This document shows, one piece after another, positions 1 to 13,289 of a stretch of 64,000 bases of DNA. Every line of letters starts with the position of its first letter. The first letter of the stretch is position 1. The translations under genes were made by a program, and so were the position numbers. The DNA is from Octopus sinensis (lineage: Eukaryota), in the NCBI RefSeq assembly GCF_006345805.1, contig NC_042999.1, forward strand, positions 117,180,001 to 117,244,000, given 5' to 3'. Under the pieces are notes generated by a model that worked only from the letters and a program-made list of their open reading frames with translations, was not told where the DNA came from and did not search any database.

Positions 1-299
1 ATATATGTGTATATATCAATAATAATAAAGGGTAAAATTAATTAATCAGTAATTAATAATCCCACCAAGTAGTGTTCAGCATGTTAAAAGGACCATTTAC
101 AGTAAACTTAAACATTACGTTTTATAATTATGAGTATAATTATAATTAGAGTTCAGCAAAAGAAAACAAATAAAATTGCTTTGCCACATACCGAACTTTT
201 AGAAATAGCAGCCAAAGAACTTAGCTATTTCTTCTACTATAAGAAGAATCTCCCAGATAATGTATACTCAAAAACAATTCACGTAGGCATAGGGGAAAA

Positions 300-2990
300 A
301 ATAACGAAAATTCACTCGGCATTTGATTACTTGTGGATGCGTTTCTGAGTTAGATAGATATGGAGATGCAAGAATTACATCTTCATTCTACCATTCTCTT
401 CATCAGCACAAAGATTTCAAGATTTTAAAGTAGACAGCACTGAAAAAATTGAACATACCTATTTGATTCAAATAACATCAGACAAACTATATCCAACTCC
501 AATGCCAACAAATTCAAAACATATATATACGAAATAATATATATATGAAATAATACAAAGTACTGGAAAATGAAAGCACAAATCCTAGGCATCTACCAAA
601 TTCCCAAATGCATAAATGAAGATATCCAATCAATGTAATTGAATCATATATTTATACACATCAACATAGATAATGCATGTTTAGGTGTAAAGATTCTCCA
701 AGGGTATAAAGAATAAAACCAAGCATACATAAAAATATAGGAGAGATATAAAAGAATATAAAAATATATAAAAGTACATATAAAATCACATATAAATAAG
801 GATTACATGTAAAACGTTATGCATGATAAATATAGCGGGCGCAAAGCGAATGAGAGGTTGATAAATATAGGAATAAAAATGTCAATCTTCAAAATGGCAG
901 GCTGCCTAAATTGTCTAAAATTTCTAATACATCTAAATTATGAGATAAAAGTGACTCAAGATATCAAGGTTAAGAACAGTAAATAAAAAGGATCTGAAAA
1001 ATAGGAGGGTGTTTTATCTACGGCTGTTTTAAGGGTACATTACCAGTCAGGGTTTAAAAAGTTAAACTTCCATATATGTAATGTCCCCATCATGTTGCAT
1101 TATCCTTATGGAAATCTGACAGAGATGTGATCTATTGGTTCCATTCCCTTAAGTATAAAAAAAATCTACTAGATTTATACAGTTCAATATTTTGAAGTAC
1201 TATGCTTCAATCTCCCCTATTCTTCTTAACAAAGCATTAATATTTGCCCGTAATTTTACTAACATCCGTAAGTTGGACATAGATATCATTCTGGCAGTCA
1301 GGATGACCTTGATCAATTACAATGATCAAAATTGGGTAAGGGCTTATTCCATGGACCTATTTGACATAACCATGGGCTCTTCAGACTCAGCACAGATTAC
1401 GGATTGAGTGGGCTTGTATCTTCTTGTGGAAATAAAAAGTAGCTTCCCTATTCTATCTGGGGGTTTATATAGGGATGATGCCCTACTTATTGCATGCGGT
1501 CTGCCTGATCCTGCTGCTGAAAGGGTAAAAAAGAATTTAAGGAGATTTTGTAAAAAATTTCTTTAACCTTGATATCATTTTCAATATCAGCCCTAAAATG
1601 GCTAACTTTCTAGATGAGCACCAAACTTTACTACCCATACAAAAAGCCAAACCAAACCCTCCAGTACGTCAGTGTTTCCTCTAAACACCCTAGCTCAACT
1701 ATTAATAACATCGTAGTCATCATCTCTATTTGGGTGTTAAATCTATCCGTTAACGAGGAAATCTTCAATCAACACGCTCCTATATATAATAATTACCTTG
1801 AAATTAAGTGGCTTTAATAAAAATATATACTATATACCAGATACTAAATTAAAAATAAAAATTGCAAATATGGATCCTAATAATAGCATAGGTATAAGAG
1901 AACTAGGTTAATTAAATGATCAACAGCATATTAAATGCTTTAGACTGAGAAATCATAGGTACTATAATAATCATAATAACTGTAAGTATAAACCTTCTAC
2001 TCTTGAGACTTCTAATATAATAAGAAAGTCTAAATCCAGAATATGTGAAGTTATTTGGTTTGCTCTTCCTTTTTCACTTAGGGTCAATAATCTACCTAGA
2101 TTGTTTTTTTTAAATTCTACAATCTTCCCAAAACATCATAAATATTACACTGTTTGTAATAAATCCACTGTAAAATTTTCATACTTGGCAATGCCTAATT
2201 TAGGAACAATAATAGCTTCTATAAATAGGGGCAAAATTAAATGAATATTGAAAAAGGTCATCAATAGTGTAACTAATAATAATTTAGGGAAAGGACTACG
2301 TAGGATATAGCTAAAAACAAGGACAAAAATAGTGCAACTAATAATAATGCTTTAGAACTAGCACTATGTATTAATGGAAATAAGGGTAAAGTTAAGGTAT
2401 TGACCCCAAATACTAATGTAACATATAATAATAATCAAACTTTAATTAATTTAAAACCAGGTACCATACCCCAATCTAATGATATCAATAATGCTGGAAA
2501 TATAGATAAGAACAGTAATAGTAGAATGCAACTGAATAAAATTGTAACTTCAGAGCCCCACAAACCTGTCCACTTGCAGGATCATGTCTTCGATACAATG
2601 TTGTGTATAAATGTATAGTTAGCATACCCAATAGACAAAACAAGATATATATATGTAGGTAGTACAATAGACTTCAAAAGGCGATATAGGACCCATCTGA
2701 ATTCCTTTTCAAACCCTAAATATAAGAATTCCACTACCTTAGCAGCATATATAAACTTAGGGATTATAACTTGCCTTATGACCTGATATGATCCTTAATT
2801 GCAAGGGCTCCTCCATATGGTAATGGTTCAGATAGGTGTACATTGTGTGTAAGGGAATCGTATATAATCCTTAAATTATATAACGCTTGTATGTTAAATA
2901 AGTTTTCAGACGTGATCCCTTCCTGTAGCCATAAATTTCATTCTACATTTCTGAAAACCTATAAAATTAGATCTACTAGCTAATTGAATT
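300..2990 (+). mobile_element. Decayed Penelope-like retroelement (RT + GIY-YIG), Naiad-like architecture, in the upstream intron of HADH
   Basis: Frame-broken RT motifs: RFIQFNILKYYASISP (about 1170), FDITMGSSDS, GLYRDDA (about 1463), YKKPNQTLQYV. The linker reads IWFALPFS...KFSYLAMPN. The endonuclease reads CNFRAPQTCPLAGSCL...VVYKC...YVGST.DFKRRY.TH...RCTLC...CSH (2545-2935). Many stops and frameshifts; the clade label is inference. Confidence 0.85.
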
Positions 2991-3329
2991 AGAATAATGT
3001 TGTAGTTATAATTATGATTCCCCAATATTTTGACTCATCCACTCATGGCATACATGTGTTCATATTCATATGAGCTGTAAATCATTTTGTTAGGAAATTT
3101 TGATTCTGCTTATTAGTATGATACCAGCCACATTTTCGTGAGTGGTGATTTATTGTGATATTGCTTGGTTTTTTTTAACACTTTGTTGACACTTTGTTCT
3201 ATTTGTTATACTGCCTTGTGGCAATTGTTAAATTTATTGTTGGTTTTACTGCTTAAAGACTGTTCATTGCTTCTAGGAAGTATTTGTTTTTCATTCCCCC
3301 GCTGGGGGGAATAATTATTTAAAAAAAAA

Positions 3330-3840
3330 AGCATGTGCGGCGGTTAAGTTGCTAGGAGTCTGGTTTGGTCCAGACCTCAAAGGAGAGAAGAACTGGGCTG
3401 AGGTTTTGAGTAAGGTGGTATACATAGTCAAGACCTGGTCTTGGCAGTGGCTATCCCTGAAAGGGAGGGCAGAGGTGGCCAATGTGCTCATCACATCGGT
3501 CATTACCTACTGCCTAGCCATCGTTCCTTGCCCAGATTTGTGGTTGATCAAATTGGAAAGACAGCTCTTTTGTTTTTTGTGGAAGGGCTCAACGCCACTT
3601 ATAAGATGCTCTTTTTGCTGTCAAAGACCATTAATGGGAAAACTAGGTATGCCTTGGCTGTTGATGCACTGAGGTTGAGGCATTTCTGGATTCTTTTGGA
3701 TGGTGGACAGGTGTGGTCTCTGCTGGCGAAACAGATGTTTCCCTCGTTCACTAGTTTCGGTGGACGGGAAGCTTAGTACTTTCATAGATCAAGGTTGAGT
3801 GAGTGGCATACGGAGTGTCGCAAAGCACTCCTGCTATATA
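3330..3840 (+). mobile_element. Tx1/L1-clade LINE ORF2 C-terminal fragment
   Basis: ORF 3349-3672 reads GVWFG...NW...W..LSLKGRAEVAN...S.I.Y...P.P....LER.LF.FLWKG...GKLGMP, the typical post-RT region of L1/Tx1. Confidence 0.8.
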
Positions 3841-3859
3841 TATCACTTGACTCCGTAGG

Positions 3860-4209
3860 TCATGAATGACCATGGGTGCATCTAAGAGGTTTCCCTTTGG
3901 GGTACAAGTCTGGGTGGAAAGTTGCCTTACTAGCAAATGCACAACCTAGGGTTCTTTTTATGGAAGGCCAGAAGTTGCCCAGGCATACCAGCCTCCCTTC
4001 TCCATGCCACCGATGTTATCCAAGGGAAAGGCAAAGGCCAATACAGCTTGGCACCAGTGATATCGCAACTCATTCTACAGCTGAGTGAACTGGAACAATG
4101 TGAAATAAAGTGCCTTGTTCAAGAACACAACACACGGCCTGGTCCAGGATTCGAACTCACAACCTCACGATCATAAGTTCGGCACTCTAACCACTGAGCC
4201 ATGTGCCTT

Positions 4210-4215
<6 letters not shown>
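3860..4215 (-). mobile_element. tRNA-derived SINE (family with the cttgagcaagacactt core)
   Basis: Reverse-complement match to the copy at 50945-51290, with A/B-box head at about 4140-4210. Confidence 0.8.
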
Positions 4216-4240
<25 letters not shown>

Positions 4241-4336
4241 CTACACACACACATAGTAGCCTGGAGTAGTCTTCTTCCTGGCCAGCTCTTGTCAACCATC
4301 CTACACATGCATGTATGGAAGATGGATATTAAATGA

Positions 4337-4386
<50 letters not shown>

Positions 4387-4708
4387 TCATAAATGATAGA
4401 GAAATATTTAGATGAATTTTTATTTGATGATAAAAAAAATAATGTAATTATGATTAATTGCCATGATGAGCTTATTTTGAGATGTCAACATTTTAAATAT
4501 AAATCATTTTATACTATAAACCTACTTAACATTATGACTGTAATATGTCTTTATTTGTGACAATTTTAATCTGATAGTTGCATTTGTAATCCTATATCTA
4601 TAAATATGTGCCTATTACTATTTTTTCATTTCTATTAATGCCAACTTTTTTATATATATGTGTATATATATATATCTATGTATATGTTTGTGTTTGTCTA
4701 TATATATA

Positions 4709-4747
<39 letters not shown>

Positions 4748-6479
4748 AATTCAATACAAGGCAAAACAGGCTCCTCTTATAGGGATGGAAACATCCAATT
4801 TTACACTGGTTTAACTAGTTTAATACCCAATATAGTACAGAATAACTTTTTCACAATTCAAATGGGTATATATTCAATATACAAAAATGAAAAGAAAAGG
4901 GTGATTTAAGATTGATTTAAGATTTAATTTATTAACTTAATATTATAATATAATATGATATAATATAATATAATATAATATATAAATATTATAATCCTAC
5001 AATTGTTTTGATTCAGAGCCAATAATAAATTTATAACAATTCATGTTTTTGAAAATTTTGGGTAAATTTGTTATTGGGTCTGAATCAAAACACTTGTAGG
5101 ATTGTAATATTACGTATATATTTATGTATGTGTGTATATGTATATATGTCTATAGGTGTGTCTGTCTATGTGTATATATGTGCATTTGTATATTTATTTA
5201 TATAGATATCTATCTCCCTCTCTCTTTGTTGCTCTAAATGTTTATATAAGCATGTGTTTGTGTTTGTCCCCCCAACATCAGTTGACAGCCAATGCTGGTG
5301 TGTTTACGTCCCCATAACTTAGTGGTTCGGCAAAAGAGACCAATAGAATAAGTACTAGGCTTACAAAGAATAAGTCCTGGAGTTGATTTGCTCGACTAAA
5401 GGCGGTGCTCCAGCATGGCCACAGTCAAATAACTGAAACACATACATACACATGCACGTATGTATATGTTTATGTATGTATATGTGTCTATATACATTTG
5501 ACTATATGTGTATATCTACATATGTATATGCATTTATTTATATAGTCAATTCCACCACCTTTATTATAATGATAATTCATGTTTGGAAATTATTCACATA
5601 CTAAAAATGTTTATAGAATATTTATTTTTTAATTATATTATTAAAATTCCCTTCAGCTTATTAGAAATTACTTTTATTAATTCATAGGTAAGTTATATAT
5701 CAAATTAATTATTATATATATATATATATATATGGTGTGCTGTGTGAATTTATGGAAAGTTATCCAATAGAACTCAACAAATTTGTTAAAAATGGAGAAG
5801 AGATGCTAAAATTTGAAAGAATTTTAATACATGCATATAATTGTTTCAAACAGCGATATTTAAACATGCAAATAATTCATGGTAGAATAATTAAATGAAT
5901 TTGATTTAATTGATAATTATATATATACATATATAATTATCAATTATATAAATTACCTATAAGATTTTATTTCATGCTGGCTACCTGATATAATCATTAA
6001 TGTGATTTTATCCTTCAATTCTATTAAGAATAAATAATATTTTATTAATTTATATTAATTTTGTCATTATTGTCTTTGATAATCTTTCTGAATTTTAGCA
6101 CCACATTCATATTTCGTTATGCTTAGATTTGTATTTAACATAAAATCTATTCCACCTGATGACGTAGCTCAGATTCTATATCATTTTGAAAAAAAATTTT
6201 ACATTTTTTTGTAAGTAATTTATCTATTATTAAATATTATAATATAAGTTATTTACATATTTTTGGTTTATGAAATAAATTTGTCATGATATTTGGATTT
6301 TTTTAAAGATTAAATAAAGATTTGTCTGAATATTTCTCTATCATTTATGACTATATACACTCCTCTTGTATATTACTATATATTCTATATGGTTTGTACA
6401 ATTACACATTAAGGAGCATATTTTATGAGTACTACCAGACTACCTGAATCTATACTGAGACCTTTGGCAATATGCTGTG

Positions 6480-6737
6480 CTTAAGAAGAAGACCCATCAA
6501 GCCAAGTGAAATCGTAGTCATGGTAGATATTGGTGTCATGCAATTGGCACCTGTGCTGGTGGCACACGAAAGCATCCATTAGATTCTCATAGTGGTTGGC
6601 ATTAGGAAGGGCATCCAGCTGTAGAAACCATGCCAAATCAGTCTGGAGTCTGGTGCAGCCCCTTGGTTTACCAGCCCTGATGAAACCATCCAACCCATAC
6701 CTGCATGGATAACAGATGCTAAATGATGATGATGATG

Positions 6738-6740
<3 letters not shown>
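6480..6740 (+). mobile_element. SINE with gttggcattaggaagggcatccagc core and (GAT)n tail
   Basis: The same core and tail recur at 14700-14950, 15400-15540 and 61365-61470. It resembles RTE-partnered cephalopod SINEs; that name is from memory and unverified. Confidence 0.75.
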
Positions 6741-6816
<76 letters not shown>

Positions 6817-8157
6817 AAATACGCACACATGGTTGGCTTCTTCCAGTTTCCTGCTCCCAAATCCATTCACAAGGCTTTGGTCAGACAGAGCTATAGTACA
6901 AGACACTTGTCCAAGGTTCCATGCAGTGGGACTGAACCTTGAACCATGTGGTTGGGAAGCAAACTTCTTACCCTCAACCATGCTTACACCTATAACTTTT
7001 CCTTGGATTTTCGTTTTCTTCCATTTAGAATTACTCACTTTCCTATACTCATTGTAAGAAAACGTAAAATATAGACGTAATTGTTTCTAATAGCCCAAGG
7101 GTTATTAAAAGCTGCTACTTAACTCTAGTCACATGTTGTTCGATAGCTAAGAGACAAATGTTTCTTTGGATAAGACATTATTAAAAAATAGCAATTTTCA
7201 TTTTGAGAACAGGTCTTTATTTCAGATAGCTTAGAGAAATGAAACACACTTAAGTATCCTGTAATGTGTGTGTGTGTGTGAGTGTGCATGCGTGCATGTA
7301 AATCTTTGGGTTTATGATTGTGTAATATAATTGCTAGTCATAATGTTGAAATAAGGACTGTTGGAGATGAAAAACCAAGCAGTTCATTGGTGCTTAACAT
7401 ATTGCAAGCAGATCTGAGTTACTATTGTAGAGATGGCACCTCAGATATAATATAGAGCCCACAGATTCATTTCTGTTAGAATGCTGTTGTAGAGTTCTTT
7501 CAGATTCACTTAATGTTTGTTCTTTCCATCTATAAAGTACGGTTATAAAATCATCGAAATTGTTATTTTAAGAGAAACAACTTCAGATTTTAAAGTTCTG
7601 ACGTTCACATTTCACTTTAGCATATTTAGTCATTTATACCTCTGAGGTTTATAAAATTGTTGACAGTAGTCTCAGTGAATGAAGGTGTGTGGCTTAGTGG
7701 TTAGGATATTGAACTCATGATAGTAAGATTGTGGTTTCAATTCCTGGGCCAGGTAATGCTTTGTGTTCTTGAGCAAAACACTTCACTTCATATTGTTCCA
7801 GTCCACTCAGCTGACGAAAATGAGTATTTCATTTGACAGACTGGTGTCCTATCCAGGGTGGAAAATATCTGCACCATGGAAATTGGAAAATCAGCCCTCT
7901 GTGCCTATATGACTTGGGAAGGGTTTTTTATCCTTTTATCTAGTTTTAGTGAGATATCATTTGAAGATAGGTTTGTGAGTACTTTAACCTTCAGTTTGTA
8001 GCTAATGAAAGAGTAACATTGAACTAATAGGTTGTTAAGATTAGTTTCAGAACATATAGTTATCTTATATGATGTACCCTGTATTGACAAAGTAGGTCAA
8101 AATCATAATCCTCTCCAAGTATTGCAACATTACAATTATTTTAGAGACTATTTCTCT

Positions 8158-8209
<52 letters not shown>

Positions 8210-8242
8210 AACATGGAAAATTGATGTTAAAAATGATAATGA

Positions 8243-8276
<34 letters not shown>

Positions 8277-8399
8277 ACACACACTCATATGTGTGTGTAC
8301 ATATACATACATATCTATATATATGTGTACTTGGACTGAATTAAATATCTTTTAGTTCAGCTTGACAATCTTGTATTTTTTGAAAGCATAATGACACAA

Positions 8400-8995
8400 T
8401 TATTCTGTACCTCACCTTCTCTTGCTTGGATAAAACGCATTCAAAAGCCTCAAAGGCTCAGGTAAGCAACATCTGCTAGTGACTCCTCATACATATCTTA
8501 GCTAAAACTCTTTCCCAAAGATTTGTCTTCTGCAGAACCAGAAAATAATCCCACTCTGGTCTCACTATTAACTCTTTACAAAACTGAACCCATGATGAAA
8601 TACTACTCCCATATCTAAGAGAGTGCTGTCACTATACTCAAATACATTTTAGACAGCATTATAAATAAGTCTATTTAACTCATGGACAGAGACTCCTGCA
8701 CCAACATGTTACAATCACTGACTCACAGACATACTGTTTGTTTTATCTTCCTATTCTGTCACTAATAATCAGCCTCTGCTCATCTGAACTAGTTCATTTT
8801 ATATGACCTCCATGCAGACCTACCTATCTCTCCTCCTGTTACCTCTATTATGCCAAACCCTCTGGTCCCATACTGACCATTCTGTCCAATCCTTCTTCCC
8901 CAGAGCATCAATTCTCTGGACTTCCTTCTATGAGATTCCTGAAAACATCAGCTTACAGACGTTAAAATTTTGTAGCAACTTAATCAATCACACCA
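8400..8995 (+). mobile_element. CR1/Jockey-type LINE 3' remnant
   Basis: Contains HTDHSVQSFFPRASILW...LQTLK, typical of LINE ORF2 C-termini. Related 3' pieces lie at 9255-9350 and 10080-10290. Confidence 0.55.
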
Positions 8996-9682
8996 GTGTT
9001 AGAAAATCAACAACAGTCATGGTCACTGCCACTTCTTGCTGGTAAAACTTTAGCAAGACACCTGTTCCTGTCCCTCTTTCATTTTAGCCTCTCTACACCT
9101 TGTACAATGCCACCTTCCTCACTACTGCACCCCAACTCTGTGAAGGGGTCTTGTCATGCATATTACTTGGTGACTCCAATAGTGCTGGAATCACGAAAAA
9201 TGTACTTAGTTTACTAGGAAAGGCAGCCAACTGTTGAAACCTTCCCAGAATGTTGAGTCACTGGAATTCCCTCCTTGCATATGTCCTACTTGCAATCATC
9301 ATCTTGTAACAGTTTAAGCAGAATGTCAATGGTATCAATCTTACTCATCTTCCTCACATCTGGCAACACAGATGAGGGCAGCACCATCAAACTCCTTCAT
9401 TCATTAAATGTCACATATCAGTGGAGGTTTCAAATAATGGTGTAGCAGATTCAGTGGTAGTGCCCCAGCATGACCTCAGCTTTGAAGCTGAAACAATTTA
9501 AATATTTAAAAATTTAAAGATCTCAGAGACTTTGTGAAGGCCATTTAATATGGAGACCAATACACCCCTTAGGTTTAGTTGGTTCCTGTTGAACTGTCCA
9601 GCCAATGTCAGTATGGAAGACAGATGTTAACTGGTGATGTTGATGATGTCATACATGTACATGTTTTTTTTTCTTAACGTAG

Positions 9683-9799
9683 GTGATGCAAGTCCTGAAG
9701 ATGTTGATATTGCCATGAAACTTGGTGCTGGTTATCCTATGGGTCCTTTTGAATTATCAGATTATGTTGGTCTGGATACTTGCAAATTTATTCTGGATG
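9683..9799 (+). CDS. HADH: 3-hydroxyacyl-CoA dehydrogenase (mitochondrial short-chain), penultimate coding exon
   Basis: 117-nt exon, acceptor ttcttaacgtag, donor G|gtaagt, phase 1/1. It encodes [40 protein letters not shown], matching the conserved HADH C-terminal domain. Confidence 0.97.
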
Positions 9800-10399
9800 G
9801 TAAGTATAATGATGATATTATATCTACTTTAATATTAAATGATGCATGCTGTAATCGATTGGCTCATAATTACTTTATCAAGAGCATTACTTAACTGTAT
9901 TGACAGCTGTTAGCTGATCAAGTGGTCCATAGTTCATATCTTGTTTCAGATGTTCTATGTTGACATATTTTGCAACTGGTCTGTGACCTTAGATGGCCAT
10001 CACCATATCTATGTCTTCAGGGGTGTCTCTTTAATTACTTGTTACTATTGTTCTTGTTTTTATTGTAATTATTGTTGCTATTGTGAGAGGAACATTTCAC
10101 TCATTTGTTTCCCCTCTTCTCATCACCCATGTTGTGTCCAACCTCCCAGGCCCTGTATTAACAACTATTTTCAGTACTTCATTCCCAGTATGTTGATCCT
10201 CTGGAATTCCCTCTTTGTATATGTCTTACCTGCAGGCATCATGCAACAATTTAAGCAGAATGTTAATGGTATCAATCTTACTCATCTCAAAGATCCTGTG
10301 AAGGCCATTTTAATTGCTTTCTTCTCCAGACCTTAACCTCTGACCTCTGTCTAACTTTATCTCCACCTAGTCTGCTGAGCAAAAACATAATGCACATGC

Positions 10400-10930
10400 A
10401 GCTCAAGAATAATGATTGCTGGTAAACTAAAGGACAGAATCACAGACAAATTCAGGAGAATAACAATAATAGACCTTTCTAAAACTTCTATATTTGTTAA
10501 AAAGGGCCTATCTCTCAACTACTGTATTTATTCACCCAAATTATTATTTTCCTCATCACTTTCTCCAGTTTGAATGTCAGAATCACTCTCCATTGCTGGC
10601 ATAAATGTAAATTCTTCATGTGAAGAATATGATCAATAATTTCCTCAAATGCAATGAGTCTAGGCCTTGTTTGTTTACAAGACTAAATGCTGGCATCGTC
10701 ACATGCTTCACTCCCAAATCATTTTCTCCGATTAAAACCAGAAGTAAACAATAGTATTGGGGGCAACATTAACAATAAATTCTAAACACACTTGACCACA
10801 AAGCTGCAGTGTGATCAGTTGTCTAATTTTAGTATTTGTATTGTTCATTACTGCTTTAGCAAGAATCCAGCAGAGATGACATTTAAGCTTTTCCTGCTGA
10901 CGTGACAGGATTAATAGTAAACAAAAATAT
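10400..10930 (-). mobile_element. Possible decayed piggyBac-type transposase fragment in the last HADH intron
   Basis: The minus strand gives an acidic EEFTFMPAMESDSDIQTGESDEENNNL segment preceded by EEIIDHIL, reminiscent of PGBD N-termini. Heavily frame-broken. Confidence 0.25.
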
Positions 10931-11383
10931 GATGACATCTTCTGATAAGTGATACATTTGTCAGGTTTAAGGCTTTAAGTTTATACATTTAAACCCTATT
11001 ATATTATTCACTTTTACTGTCTCAGACTGATAACTATGATATCTAATATCATTTAGATAATTGGTATTACGATCTCTGTTATTTAAATATTGCCAAATCT
11101 CACTTGTAGTATATTCTTCATATTTTTTTTGCCCTTCCTCTCCTACCCTTTAAATCCACAAACTTAGTCTTTGGTAATACAGAAGTGGTAGCAATGATAT
11201 TAATAATTATGTGTACCCAGTACTTGTAGGGTACTTTACTTTTATTGGCCCCAGAAAGATGAAAGACGAAGTTAACCTTGGAGGTATTTGAACCAGGGCG
11301 TAAAGGCCTGTAACTAAATAATGATTTCAAATTTTGGCTCAAAGCCAGCAATTTTGGGGGCGAGGGTAAGTCATTTACATTGA

Positions 11384-11578
11384 CCCCAGTGTTCATTGGT
11401 ACTTATTTTATCGGCCCCAGTGGTCAACTGGTACTTATTTTATCAACCCCAGTGGTCAACTGGTACTTATTTTGTTGACCCCAGTGGTCAACTGGTACTT
11501 ATTTTATCAACCCCAGTGGTCAACTGGTACTTATTTTATTGACCTCAGTGGTCAACTGGTACTTATTTTATCGACCCC
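11384..11578 (+). repeat. Six-unit 32-bp tandem minisatellite inside a SINE
   Basis: Unit ccccagtggtcaactggtacttattttatcaa starts at 11384, 11415, 11447, 11479, 11511 and 11543. The flanks continue as SINE sequence. Confidence 0.95.
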
Positions 11579-11879
11579 CAAAAGATGAAAGGTAAAGTCG
11601 GCTTCAGTGGAATTTGAACTCAGAACATAAAAGTGGACAAAATGCTGCTAAGCATTTTGCCCTTTGTGTTAACAGTTTTACTAGCTTGCCACTTTGTTGT
11701 GACTAAATAATGCAAGGTATTTTTCTGATGTGCTGATGATTTTGTCGCTCCACTACTCTTAATAATACTACTAATGAAATAAGTTATGTTAAAAATTCTA
11801 CTGAGCTAAAAAAATTGACTAATTTCATTGTTTTTAATCATTATTTTTAAATAATCCTATTGTTTCTTTGATGTGTTAG

Positions 11880-11998
11880 GTTGGCATGAAGCTTACCCAG
11901 ATAATGAATTATTTAAACCATGTGAATTCTTGAACAAGCTGGTAGCTGAAGGTAAACTTGGACGTAAGTCAGGAGAAGGATATTACAAATATAACTGA
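11880..11998 (+). CDS. HADH: 3-hydroxyacyl-CoA dehydrogenase, last coding exon
   Basis: Acceptor tttgatgtgttag, phase compatible with the previous exon. It encodes (G)WHEAYPDNELFKPCEFLNKLVAEGKLGRKSGEGYYKYN-TGA, which includes the HADH terminal GKLGRKSGEGYY motif. Confidence 0.97.
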
Positions 11999-12100
11999 TA
12001 ATCAGGGCTCTTGATTGTAGTCAGTTATTATTTTTACTTTCTTTTAAAAAAAAAAATTTTTCTTACATGACATACTTTAATATTTCTTTTATAGTAAAAT

Positions 12101-12106
12101 ATTAAA
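12101..12106 (+). promoter_or_regulatory. Candidate HADH polyadenylation signal (ATTAAA)
   Basis: ATTAAA about 100 nt after the stop codon, followed by T-rich sequence. Positional inference only. Confidence 0.3.
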
Positions 12107-12999
12107 ATCAATATTTTTTCTGAGTAAATTCTTGTGTTCCTTTTTTTTTCAACTAATCTTCTGTAAATTTCAGGTGAGGACCACAAGGAGCTACTGCTCT
12201 TACATCTGGGACAGTGCTACTGCTACACATATACAGACACACTTGATTGCACTCTGAGAAAGATCATGTAACTGATTAGTGTAAAGCCATTCACAGACAT
12301 GTTCTAACCTCTGACCTACTGTTGTGCTATCTCCTCTGCCTTTTCTACCACTACTACTGTGTCATCTATTTCTTGGAGATGGCTGGTCTCATGCCACTTC
12401 TGCGGCATTTATGACTCACATGTCCCTCTTTATTTCATCATTCATGCTGTGGCCAAACTCCACTAGCCCTGTGCTAACCCCTACACCTATTCCTTCTTCA
12501 TCAGAACATTGTCTCTGAATTTACCTCTTTGTCCATATCAATACTACTGCTGTTGTCTTGCAACCATCTATCATTATTTAAGTTCACCTCAGATGAATCC
12601 TCACTTGGTATTTTGGTCTTCTATACATATTACTAGCTTACCAGTAGTTTCTATTTCTACAAGTTTACTGCATATCCATATATTGGTATATGACCACCTT
12701 TTCTCCAATGTCCATGTGTTGGTTCCCATAGCACTTGCTAGCTGGAAGCTCCCTGTGTCTCTGACAGTGACTGGCTGGCTTTGTTCTTCTGATACTATTT
12801 TATCACTCAACCTCAGTAGCCTTCTGTACGGACACTTGTTATTAACATGTTCATTCTGTTTCATGTTAAGTACTACATGTAGTATTTGGTGTAGCACTTA
12901 TTCAGAGACTGTTACAGTATTTATATTATTTATATTATATTGGAGCCAGTATTTATAAACACATAATTGAACAGACTATACTGTGGTATAAAAGAAGTG

Positions 13000-13270
13000 G
13001 AACTTGATATCTTAGGAGAGACCACAGTCCCATATATTGGCCATGCTGGTCAAATCCTTCAAGCTAGTATCTTCCTCACTTCATCTGGCTGGCCCATGAA
13101 CTCAGGTATTTGAAGACTGAAGACAGTGGTGCCTCTTGTCAGTAGAGGTGGATGATTTTAGAGGATACTGGAGGTGGTCACCTTAGTTTTCATTGCATTT
13201 AGCAAGAGTGTTAACAGCATTAATCTCATTAGTCCATTAATCTCGGTGAACCTTTGAAGATCAAGGGCAG
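13000..13270 (-). mobile_element. Decayed RTE-type LINE fragment
   Basis: The minus strand reads LNAMKTKVT...EVRKILA, matching the post-YADD region of RTE RT, with stops. Confidence 0.4.
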
Positions 13271-13289
13271 TTCCAGGCCTGGCTAATAA

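Noticed and set aside
6140-6200. CTGATGA motif after a possible PLE 3' remnant (5715-5900)
   Set aside because: There is no correctly placed GAAA or stem I/III, so it cannot be called a hammerhead.
1-9682. Upstream HADH exon (DTPGFIVNRLL-type)
   Set aside because: Not found by eye in the window; it presumably lies further 5'.
11384-11578. CRISPR-like 32-bp periodicity
   Set aside because: The units are contiguous with no spacers, derive from a SINE, and there are no cas genes in this eukaryotic context.
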